Positions 27,134 through 38,150 of a DNA stretch of 64,000 nucleotides are shown one piece after another. The position numbers were made by a program, and so were the translations under genes. The stretch is from the NCBI GenBank assembly GCA_032718475.1, contig JAUCBJ010000564.1, positions 783 through 64,782 on the forward strand, read 5' to 3'. The notes under the pieces were generated by a model, which saw nothing but the letters and a program-made list of their open reading frames with translations, was not told the DNA's origin and did no database searches. The stretch is from Nemertoderma westbladi (lineage: Eukaryota; Animalia; Xenacoelomorpha). Every line of letters begins with the position of its first letter. The first letter of the stretch is position 1.

Positions 27134-27214
27134 GGCGTAGTGGTCAGATGGTTAAGGCGTTGGTTGCATTACGTAGGTTACGAGTTCGAATCTTGGTCGG
27201 GAAATTTGTATTTT
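27134..27214 (+). other. tRNA-like A/B-box cassette in U3 of the BEL-A LTR (also ~52638-52718 and ~61865-61947)
   Basis: TAGTGGTCAGATGGTTAAGGCG (A box / D-arm like), GAGTTCGAATC (B box), TTTT about 20 nt downstream; no good acceptor stem. Confidence 0.6.
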
Positions 27215-27250
27215 GGGGCAATTTATTTTCATTTGGTACAAATTGGTAAG

Positions 27251-27415
27251 CCAATGAGGTGCGTACAACGCATCGAACGATGAGTTAGGCCAATCATAGG
27301 GCAAGGAATATCTTATTGCTCCAATGTGAGGCCATGGAATACTCCAGAAGGTTCTAGTGAATTCTATGTCCCAGATTTAGTATATAAAGGGCTGGTTTGC
27401 CTTCGGTTATCACTT
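27251..27415 (+). promoter_or_regulatory. Predicted Pol II promoter of the BEL-A LTR
   Basis: Three CCAAT boxes, TATATAAA at 27381, Inr-like TCACTT at 27410. Confidence 0.6.
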
Positions 27416-29827
27416 GTAAAACACAATTGTATTTATCAGTTATCACTTCTTGTTGTCATTTCTTAACTAGTTTCTTGTTGAAACTATGTTAAATCTGTTT
27501 GATTATTCTTTCGCTAAACTGTAAATACACTGTAAACTTCTGAACATGTTTTTCTTTGGTCCAACTTTGGGACAGCCAAACATCGGGAAGATGGCCGCCT
27601 AGACCGTTAGGCCGTCAGCAACGCAGGGAAAGGATGTCCACAACACGCTAGCGCCCACATTAACTTAGACCGCGCACCCCCTTCGCCCTTCAAAATACTC
27701 CACATGCCATGCAGCGCCCGCTTTATGAGGAAGGTAAGACTTTGTTTGACGCCCTTGCCCGCCGTAAGACCTATAGATTAGGGTAAGCGTGACGCCGTCC
27801 TGGGACGCCGCAAAATTTAGGATCAAATAACTATATTTTAGGCAGAAACCCCCTTTGTCAGTCCTGCAAACCCCTGGGTTACCTGTATACCTCACAGGTA
27901 TTGCGAGCTATTGCCGTTCGTCAGTACGCAAGTACATATTAGGTACGGACAGCATACGTTCCATAATTTAGTGATTTGTAGTACTGACTGTTTGGTACCG
28001 GTTCGCTCTGTAGAGCATACATTAGTACCCCCCCCCCCCCCCCTGCCTGAAGTTGGTTGTTTGATCAGGCAAGGAGTATTTCTGCTACCGGCACACCGCT
28101 TGGCCTAGGGAGGTTTTATTAATATCCTACCGCGCCTTGCCATGTACTGATAGGTATTGCTGCTAACTACCGCGGCAACAAAGTTCTAGAATCAAATTTG
28201 TATACCAGATCAGCTAACGTACGGTAGCGATTAACCCCTATTTCTTATCTTACAACCAGAATCTGGTATTTGTGCCGATCACGGGTGTAGTTACTAACAC
28301 CGTGGTTGCCCAGTTGAGTTGTGGATAGGAAGGAGAGAGCTTTGACGTCATTTGTAAGTATAAAGTTCTACAAAACGCGACTAGCTTATTTTAGTAGCTA
28401 GCGCACGGTATTATTTCGGTCAGAAAATCACTAAAACCTAGTGAAAAGATATACACCAAAATTGTTTTATTGTAACACACCCACACACACACGCCCTAAA
28501 ACATATTTACCCTTAGAGTTCCTACTAGTTATAGCTTACTTTATATTACTTTAGGCAGAATTTATCTGTATTTGTAAATTAGGATCTGATATTTAGTTAT
28601 GGCAAAAGGGAGTATTTCATTTTGTTATTAAACTGTTGTTTTCTGCTCAGCAGTATTGTTACATTAGGCACGACCCTCTTTAGACTGATTAAGGACAGAG
28701 ATCAGTATTGTTACGCTAGTCTGTTAATCCACTAGCTCGTATATAAACCATATAAATCACACCGCGGCAAGTTACTGTATTTAGGACTGTCAGCGATAGT
28801 TAGGATTCGCTGCGTGGGGATTGTTTTCCCGTGAGTTTGGTCTGTTACTGTAACTGTACATCTGCCATACCGGTTAGAGGACAGGTATCCTTTTGTCTAG
28901 TTCGTAGGCATTAGACCCGCCCACGTACATAGAATAGACACCAGGCTCTGCTCCTCGCCAGTAGTAGTTTGTGTATTGTATCTGTTTGTTTAGATATCCT
29001 GGACTGGGATTTGTTGTCAGATACTGTACGAGCCCGTTTCATTACTAGAGTCTTACAGTAAGATACATCGTTACTAGGATCTGGTAAGCGGTATACTACT
29101 GGACTTTACGGATAGAGATATTCTATAGCTTCGTATTAGTTTTTCCAGTACTCCTCTATGGGAGTCCATGCTGGGCTCTAACTGCTGAGGACACCAAATC
29201 TCTGGATGGCACATTCACAAGAATGCTACGCCGGGTTCATTGTTAGCTTATCCAATTCCGCTAACACGAACCCACAGAGTGAGCCATAAAGCAATATTGG
29301 GAGCCTATTGTCAGCCCAGTAAACGGGGACAATAGGCCCCAAAGGAGACACACACAATAAGGGTCAGGGGTTACTCCCCTGATAAGAGAGAGAACAGCAA
29401 GGGCGAAGGGAAGCACTTCAGAGGGGGGCAAAGGGTGCCAACAGGGGTATTAACCAATCAGAGGGGGGAAAGGCATCGATTGAGTAGCAATAAGGCCACC
29501 GTGCAATATAACCAGTTACCAGTAATCATACCGGTCAGTTATTCAGTTTACTCAGTCAGATCAGTAGGGTGGAACGGGGACTTCTGTCACCGTCCGCTAC
29601 CGCCATTATATATTACCTATTGTGTCATACTATATTATATCAACTGTCAGACTATTATACCTTTATACATATTACCCAACATCAGAACTCTTTTACCTTT
29701 CACACACGGCGGGGACGCGTGGATAGAAAACCCAAACGGATAAACCGGGATCCGTAGATCCCGTCACAGTGACAGAACTAGATCCGCCCAGCTGCCCTGA
29801 CAGTGATAGACTGACACCAAAGGCGAG

Positions 29828-32800
29828 ATGAGCCGAGAGAAAGGAACGACACCGCCGCGGACCCCGGACGACGATCTAACGATCCGCGAGGCCACGGCGA
29901 GACGATACGAACCCACGACGCCGGTCGATGCTACGCCGACCACGTCGACGCACGTTGACGCCACGTCGACAACGAGCAACCCGGCGAACCAAGATGTGGG
30001 GGGTCGTCTACAACCGGAGAGCGAGTCGAGGGAAGGAGACGAGAAGGGAGGAGAAGAGAAAGACGAGTCGACGCGGAGCGAGGGTCGACATACCGATGTC
30101 ACCGGCCAGCCACAGGCCGAGGACGACGAACGGTCCACCGGAACGGCGACGGTGGGGCCGTCGGTACGACGTCGGACCCGGAGAGACGGAAGAGAGGTCG
30201 GCGACGAGGACGTCGGGGTTTCTGATCGACTTCGACGGGCCTACCTCGCGACCCGGGAGCAACTGAGAGAGGCCAAGGAGGGGGCGAAGATAGACGAGGT
30301 GAGACTGAGGAGATGACTAGGTGAGTCGAACAGATACTTTGATCACCTAGTGCGTTCTGGGCAGGGAGAACTGGCCAGGGAGAGAGCGAGAGGGGTTGCC
30401 TTCGAACTGTTTTGGCTATGGCAACGTAGGGGTATGGGGCTTGGTGTAGTGTACATAGGGCCATACTTAGTCGATGCCAGGGAATTTAGGTTAGTGGGTT
30501 GGAAGAGACCTGGGGAGGGCGAATCCGAGGTTAATTCCGAGGATTCGGTCTCGTCAGTCGGAGGAAGTTCCGGGAAGCGGGGGAAAGTTAGTAGGACGGA
30601 GGGGCGACGGGAGTCTGTCGCAACCGATAAGTCTGCTACATCCTCCGCAAAAGAAAGAGGGGTGTGGAAGGTAAAACTGATGTTTAAAATAGATGAGGCG
30701 GCGTGGGAGCAGAGACAGTTAGAGTGGCGACTGAGGGATAAAATCGCATCTTTAGAGCGGGCAAGGGAGGATAGAAAGGGAGCCGAGGAGCGTAGAGATT
30801 GGGCGGCGAGTCGATCTGAGATGCTTGCGAGAGAGACGGCCGAGCGAAACATACGAGAGTGCAGAGAGAGAGAAATAGAGGGTGAGCGTGAGCGGGATGA
30901 TTTGTGTGCCCGGATAGGGAAGTTTGTGCAATATCGGGCCAAACTAAAACAGCGCCGACTAGAACTGTCGCGGTTGAAAATATCAGAGAGGGAGCCCCCA
31001 CTTACAAGCACCGAGCGAGAAAACCAGAACTGGTGTAGCCGTACGGGCGGGGGGGGGTAGTAGTAGTACGTCAGAAGTAGTTAATATTAATAGTACCGTA
31101 GTAAATAACCCTAATCCCTTTATTACAGGAAATAATATTTTACCGGGTAGTAGTAATTTAAATTTAAATACAAATACTCTAAATAATAATTTCGATTCAA
31201 ACCCGCAAAATAATTCGAATAATAATTTAAGTTTAGAGAATAGTAGTGACCTAAGTAATTTAAATAATTTAAATAATAATCCCGTTTCAAATTCTAATAA
31301 TTTAATTGATTTAACAAATAATATTGGGAATGGTGCTATTAATATGAGCGTGTCGGACGTACATAACCCGGCAGACAGTGGCCTGGTAGGCCACGTAGTT
31401 AGTAGGCAGGAGGTGGCAGGGTTGAGCCAACCCGACGGCGGCCTGGTAGGCCACGTAGTTGGTAGGCAGGGGGTAGCGGGGTTGAGCCAACCCGAAGTAG
31501 GACTGATGGGCCACGCAGTAGTAGAGAGAGAGGCGGGGGTGAATAGACCCAGCCGTAGTAGAGACAGTGCGTCGACTAGATAGGGGTGTAGAGACGAAGA
31601 GAGAGATAGTGAAGTTAGATGTGGCGGGTGGGGGGGGGCTACGGGCGCCCCACCACATAAGATTAGTGGCGAGAGAGGGGGGGCAGAGAATGCCCCACAA
31701 GAGGGGTGTAGGAGTGTAATAAGAGGTAGTGAAGTTAGAAGTGGCGGGTGGGGGGGGGCTACGGGCGCCCCACCACATAAGATTAGTGGCGAGAGAGGGG
31801 GGGCAGAGAATGCCCCACAAGAGGGGTATAGAAGTGTAGTAAGAAATAGTGAAGTTAGAAGCGGCGGTTGGGGGGGGGGGCTACGGGCACCCCACCGCGA
31901 GAGATTAGTAGAGAGAGAGGGGGGGCAGAGAGTGTCCCACAGCCGTCAGCGGATAATGCGCGGGCCGAATTAGGTAAACCGCAACACCCGGCGACGGAGA
32001 GTAATAGGGGGATTGCGAGTATCCCCAGCGGCGTGCGATCGAGCAGAGAGAGGCAGGTTGACGTCGCGAGAGGGCAGGCGAAGCGTCGAGCCCGACCAGA
32101 AGAGAGAAGAAGAACAGTGGAGTTTAACCGGGAGGTCGACGAGAGATCTCACGAGCCGGAATACTACACAGAAAAGAGAAGAAGAGAAGATAGTAGAAGA
32201 AGTGTCGCCACGAACGATAGCAGTGCGAGGACGGATAACGGACCGTCGATAGTAGAGATGGAGTCAGGGAGCCAGTGGGGTCGAACTTCGGGAGATTGCC
32301 GTCGCCCCGGAGAAACGCACCGCACGCCAGGAGGGGGGTACAGGACGTACCAGTACGAAGAAGAGAACAGGAGAGGGGATCGAGGGGAAACTTCCCGACG
32401 GGATATAGCTGCCGATCGAGAGTACGGTAGTCGCGGGGAGATTCGAGATTCGCGAAGAATAAACTTCGGTTCGGAAGGGCACATGCAGACTGCAGGACAT
32501 ACTGTAGGCCTTACTGCACATACTATTATAGGCCATGCTGGGAGAGATAGAGTAGGCGATGGGGTAGCGCGAACGACGGGATTAAACCCGGAAGTCGCGG
32601 AGTACATACCGGTAGGTAGGCGAGAGGTAGGTAGGCCTATATCGGTACAGCAGCATGACTATAATACACAGGGACATAACATATATCCAGGGGAGGGGGG
32701 AGTTATTGGAGATAGACGTATGGGCCCCAATGTATTAACATCAACCCCAGTACCAAACATACCGGCTGGGGGGGGACAGGGTGACATTCCCCCATCACAA

Positions 32801-33350
32801 TATCGACAATATACCCCAATAGGAGCGAGAACATCGAACCCCTTGGACGAGAACAGGTCGTGCGGACAGTCACCACCACACGCGGCCGTACAGGGGACTG
32901 CTAGTCCACAGTTAGGTGGTAGCAGGGCCACACCGTGGCAGGGACAGAAAGAAAATAACACCAAAAATAAACACAATCCCAATATACCCAGTAGGCCGAG
33001 TCTAGACAACCAAAACATTAAATCGGTACATATAAACCTAAGCGCGATACGTGAAGGACTATACAGGAAACGCTATAATCCAGGATTCCAATGTCAATTA
33101 CATCGGGACGGAACCCATAAGACCAGGAGTTGCAAGTACTGGCAAGCGTTGCCCAAACGAGATCGTGTAGCCTACACAGACGCAAACGGACTATGTCATC
33201 GATGTGTGGTAAAAGGACACAGATCCGGAGAGTGTTGGAAAGGGAGAGGATGTGAAAGGACTAAACCAGGGGCAGAGAAGCCCATTGCAAACATAAGGGA
33301 GTCGGGAAAGTAGAAGGAGGCGTGTTGCATACACACGCAGGACGGACACA
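29828..33350 (+). pseudogene. Interrupted gag-like ORF of BEL-B (charged and coiled-coil, Asn-rich, 60- and 120-bp repeats, C-terminal zinc knuckles)
   Basis: CQLHRDGTHKTRSC...R..Y....LCHRCVVKGHRSGEC....C resembles the BEL-type multi-knuckle arrangement; several frameshifts fall in poly-G runs. Confidence 0.7.
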
Positions 33351-33659
33351 GTGCGAGGGGGCATTGCACGGGCAGACACCGCGTATACCGAGGGACGAGC
33401 GGGGGTCGTCGAGGGCCCTAATGCCAGCGCACATACGAAGGGGGAGGCCAGCAAAGGTGGCACCGAAGAGAGTGTGGCGAAGAGTTAGAGGACGTATAGG
33501 AGGGCAGCAGGAGAGTGCCTACCGGAAGAAGGGGCACGTGAGAGTTTTTAGTCGTCCAAAGTTTTGGACTGAGGGGGGTGGGAATGAGGGCGAGACGCCC
33601 TTCCCACGCACAAAATATAAAATAATTATTTAATTAAATAAAATAATTAAATAATAGAG

Positions 33660-35420
33660 TAGGTAGAAGTTAGGTAGTTAGGAGTTATTTAGGAGGTACG
33701 TAGTACCTAGAGTCAGAGTTAGTTAGTTAGTCAGTTAGCACTGATAGTTAGTGTTAGAGTAAGAGTTAGAGAGTCTCTCTACCGTTAGAGAGTAGGAGTT
33801 AAGGGGTACGTAGTACCGTTAGAGTTAGTAAGAGTTAGTAGGTACGTAGTACCTAGTTAGAGAGTTAGTAGGTACGTAGTACCTAGTTAGAGTTAGAGTT
33901 AGTAGGTACGTAGTACCGTTAGAGAGTTAGTAGAGTTAGTAGGTACGTAGTACCTAGTTAGAGTTAGAGTTAGTAGGTACGTAGTACCTAGTTAGAGTTA
34001 GAGTTAGTAGGTACGTAGTACCTAGAGTTAGAGAGTTAGTAGGTACGTAGTACCTAGAGTTAGTTAGAGAGTCAGTAGGTACGTAGTACCTAGTTAGAGT
34101 TAGAGTTAGAGGGTACGTAGTACCTAGTTAGAGAGTTAGTAGGTACGTAGTACCTAGTTAGAGTTAGAGTTAGAGGGTACGTAGTACCGTAGTTAGAGTT
34201 AGAGTTAGAGGGTACGTAAGTACCGCTAGTTAGAGTTAGAGTTAGAGGGTACGTAAGTACCGGTTAGAGAGTAAGAGTTAGAGGGTACGTAGTACCGTCA
34301 GTTAGTGGAGCTGGAGTAGTGAGAGGGTACGTAGTACCGCTAGTTAGAGTAAGAGTTAGAGGGTACGTAGTACCGTTAGTAGAGAGTTAGCAGAGTAGAG
34401 TTAGTAGTAGAATGGTTGTGGGCACCGTAAGCGCCACATAGAAAGTAGTAGCAGTAGAGGGTTGTGGGCACCGTAAGCGCCACGTAGTTAGAGTTAGTAG
34501 GGAATGCGCTGAACTTAGTGGGGCACGGGCGTGATGATGTGTGTGATGTAAGAGCAGGGTATGTTAATTAGAGTTAGTGGGAGTTAGAGGTTAGTAAGAG
34601 GGTACGTAGTAGTACCGGTTGTGGTTGTGGGCACCGTTAGCGCCACGTAGATAGAGGTAGAGTTAGTAAGAGGGTACGTAGTACCGGTTGTGGTTGTGGG
34701 CACCGTTAGCGCCACGTAGAGAGTTAGTAGAGTTAGAAGGTGCCGTGCACAAGAGGTGCCGGGCACAAAAAGAGTTAGTAGAGTTAGAAGAGAGTTAGTA
34801 GAGTCAGTAGTAGTTCACATAATTAACGTACCCACTCTGCCGGCACTCAGAGCGTCACGTGTAGGCGATGAGACGTAAAGGGGATGTAGAGGAGTAGAGA
34901 CGGGCACATAGGGTGCCAGAGAGTAGAAGAGTAGAGACGGGCACATAGGGTGCCAGGTAGTAAGTTAGAGAGGTAGTAGTGTAGTAGAGAGGGCACATAG
35001 GGTGCCAGGTAGTAGAGTAGAGCAGAGGGGGCACATAGGGTGCCAGGTAGTAGAGCTAGAGAGGTAGTTGAGTAGTAGAAGGGCACATAGGGTGCCAGAT
35101 AGTAGAGTGGTTGTGGGCACCGCAAGCGCCACGTAGTTAGAAGAGTGGAGTAGAGTTAGTAGAGCTAGTTAGTAGAGTTAGAGAGCTAGTGGAGTAGAGT
35201 TAGCAGAGCTAGTGGAGTAGAGTTAGTAGAGCTAGTTAGCAGAGTTGGTAGACTCAGAGGAGTCAAGTAGAGTTAGTAGAAGTAGAAAGTTAGTAGGAGT
35301 TAGTTAGACTTAGTAGAGAGTTAGAGTCAGTAGAAAGTTAGAGGCTCTCAGTTAGAGCTAGAAGTAGTAAGAGTTAGTAGTTAGCAGAGTTAGTTAGATA
35401 GTTAGAGTTAGTAAGCAGTA
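33660..35420 (+). repeat. Purine-rich internal repeat region of BEL-B with arrayed short hairpins
   Basis: Roughly 18-20 GGTAC-GTA-GTACC, 5 GTGGGCACCGTWAGCGCCAC and 5 GGCAC-ATAGG-GTGCC motifs separated by AGAGTT-type spacers. Confidence 0.9.
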
Positions 35421-36656
35421 GGTAGATAGTATGATAGCACAGGGGTAGCATTAGAGATTAAAGCCTTAGGGAGTGACAAGAGAGTGGAGAGGTAATAGTG
35501 CGGAGTGCGAAGAGAGCGTGGGCGCAATTCAAGTGTGGGGGAGGAGAAGTGAGAGGAAGAGTGTGGGACGAGGAGGTCCGGGGGTATGCGAGAGTTGGAG
35601 TAGAGTGGTGAGAGTGTTGGGGAAACAAAAATTGTGTGAGAGAAGCGCACGATCGGCCCGACACGAGACGCCAGAGGGTAGTGACATCATACCCATAGGG
35701 AGCGGCCTGGAAAGCCGACTCCGAAAAAATATACCCACCCCACACCCGATGCTAGATCGGGATCCAGCGGAATTGTAGCGCACTTGAGTTGGATGCTATC
35801 TTCTTACCGGGAAGATAGCATGGGGGGGAGTGTTAGCTTATCCAATTCCGCTAACACAAACCCATAGAGTGAGCCATAAAGCAATATTGGGAGCCTATTG
35901 TCAGCCCAGTAAACGGGGACAATAGGCCCCAAAGGAGACACACACAATAAGGGTCAGGGGTTACTCCCCTGACAAGAGAGAGAACAGCAAGGGCGAAGGG
36001 AAGCACTTCAGAGGGGGGCAAAGGGTGCCAACAGGGGTATCAACCAATCAGAGGGGGGAAAGGCATCGATTGAGTAGCAATAAGGCCACCGTGCAATATA
36101 ACCAGTTACCAGTAATCATACCGGTCAGTTATTCAGTTTACTCAGTCAGATCAGTAGGGTGGAACGGGGACTTCTGTCACCGTCCGCTACCGCCATTATA
36201 TATTACCTATTGTGTCATACTATATTATATCAACTGTCAGACTATTATACCTTTATACATATTACCCAACATCAGAACTCTTTTACCTTTCACACACGGC
36301 GGGGACGCGTGGGCAGAAAACCCAAACGGATAAACCGGGATCCGTAGATCCCGGTTTATCCATTGTGTCAAGTACAATGCACACATCTCCAACCAGACAC
36401 TATATAACATTGGAGGTGTCTCATTGGTTCCCCCAAGCTTGACACTAGAACAAAATCGCCTCCGCTTTGCAGGACATTGCTTTCGCCGTGAGGACCAGCC
36501 AGTGCATAATCTTGTACTTTGGCAGCCTCATGGAGTGAATAAGCATGGTGGACAGCCCATGACTTTCTTGAGACGCATCTTAAAGGACACTGGCCTTGAA
36601 GATGCGGATGATCTAGCAAATGTCATGGGTGATAGGGAGTTGTGGCGGTGCAATTT

Positions 36657-38150
36657 ATAATAATAATAATAATAATAATTTCTTTATTGATCCTTAAAAC
36701 CAGAGAATTTATGATAAAAAATTGCACTGGGCATTCAATGTATACACACTAAATGATTATTTGGAACAATAGCGTCAGTGTACAGGAGCAACTATGTTAC
36801 TCCTATGTATGTAATACCGGAAATAAGACATGTGTAAGTACAGTAGATATAATAAATAAATAAAAAAAAATTTAGTTGAGCACAAATATTACTACCCCCC
36901 CCCCCCACCCCCGCTGAACCATGCAGAAACCTTGGTTTCGTTATGGAGCAGTTACCCCCCCCCCCCCCCCCCCCCCCCCCTTCTGGCAGACAATAAAGAG
37001 CCTCCAGCTAAGTTACTTCTTCTCGACTGTGTTTACTTAGAAATATATTTTTCAAATGTCGTTTAAAAGTTGCAAGGTTTGGTGACTTGATTACATCGAT
37101 ATGGAGCGAATTCCATAATTTTACCGATTTCACAATTATACTATCGTGACCAAACCTATTTTTAGATTTTGGAATAACGATATTCCCAGTTCGTGGATTT
37201 AACCTAATATTGTTTTTTGCTAAAAACGGCAGATCCAAAGTTTTAAAAGCTTCTGTAAGCTTATGCATATATTTGTAAAAGTATATAAGCGCATAATATT
37301 CTCGAACTGCAGAGAGTAACGGAATTTCGCCTTTCTGCCTCAACTCCGTTCCACTGCTGTCGGTAATTTTCTTCCCGAAAATAGTGCGTAATGCGTAATT
37401 TTGTACCTTTTCAAATTTATAAAGCAGTTCCTTTGAACCATGTTTGTCATGGAGAGACACAAGCAGCTGACAACAATAATTATGATAGGGCATAGTAAGC
37501 GTTTTATATAATTGCAATTTAGTTTTATTGGGCAATTGACCCTTTATTATTCGTAAACAAGAAATGGTAAGAGTCATTTTTTGGATCATTTTCCCTATGT
37601 AATCTTTCCAATTTAGCTCGTTATCAATGTTCACTCCCAGATATTTTACTGATGGAGATTGTGGAATAGGTTCAGGGCAGCCTACATTTAATTTTATGGA
37701 TGAGAAGTCAGCTCTATTTTCTGGGCTGATTTGCTTCGGAGATAAAAGGAGAAATTCCGTTTTGTCTGGGTTCAGTTTCAAATGAGAATCATTAAATATT
37801 TTTTGAATTTTCTGAACATTCGACTCTAACAATTTTGTAGCTTGTTCTGGATCTGAGTCAGCCACATAAATAACTGTATCATCAGCATACTGTATAATTG
37901 AAACATTTGTCAGTTGTTCTGGAATGTTATTGGTATATAGCATGAATAATAGAGGCCCTAAAATGGTACCTTGGGGAACGCCCCTTGTTTCAGTTAGCCA
38001 ATCAGAAAAAGTATTTTCTACTTTAACACGTTGCTTCCTTTTCAATAGGTAATTTTGTATGAGGTTCAGTGCAGTCGAGTGGAAACCTAAATGTTTGAGT
38101 CTGTGATTCAAAATGTCATGATTTATAGAGTTGAAAGCTTTGCTTAGGTC
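36657..38150 (-). mobile_element. 5'-truncated CR1-group (Crack/Daphne/L2-like) LINE
   Basis: DLSKAFNSINH, GVPQGTILGPLLF, QYADDT, LKLNPDKT, KYLGVNID; ORF 37008-38111; 3'UTR with AATAAA and an (ATT)n tail. Confidence 0.9.

Larger units (their letters stand above)
29241..36358 (+). mobile_element. Gag-only non-autonomous LTR element 'BEL-B'
   Basis: Near-identical 528-bp LTRs at 29241-29768 (TGT...ACA) and 35831-36358; polypurine tract GGGGGGGAG at 35822-35830; TSD TTCAT / TCCAT; no pol motifs. Confidence 0.9.

Noticed and set aside
27841-27915. HDV-like ribozyme in the BEL-A LTR
   Set aside because: Two conserved hairpins and a GCGAR motif are present, but P1, P2 and P3 could not be paired.
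33660-35420. CRISPR-like appearance of palindromic repeats with spacers
   Set aside because: Spacers are low-complexity and similar to one another, lengths are irregular, no cas genes are present, and the context is a eukaryotic LTR element.
29241-36363. DIRS/Ngaro tyrosine-recombinase element, suggested by CATTGT at both junctions and the terminal hairpin
   Set aside because: A TG...CA 5' LTR, a PPT and a reconstructable 5-bp TSD fit an integrase-type LTR element; no recombinase or split repeats are seen.
36657-36680. (TAA)n as the tail of the plus-strand RTE fragment
   Set aside because: It follows AATAAA on the minus strand and fits the CR1-group element; the RTE TSD lies 1.5 kb further right.
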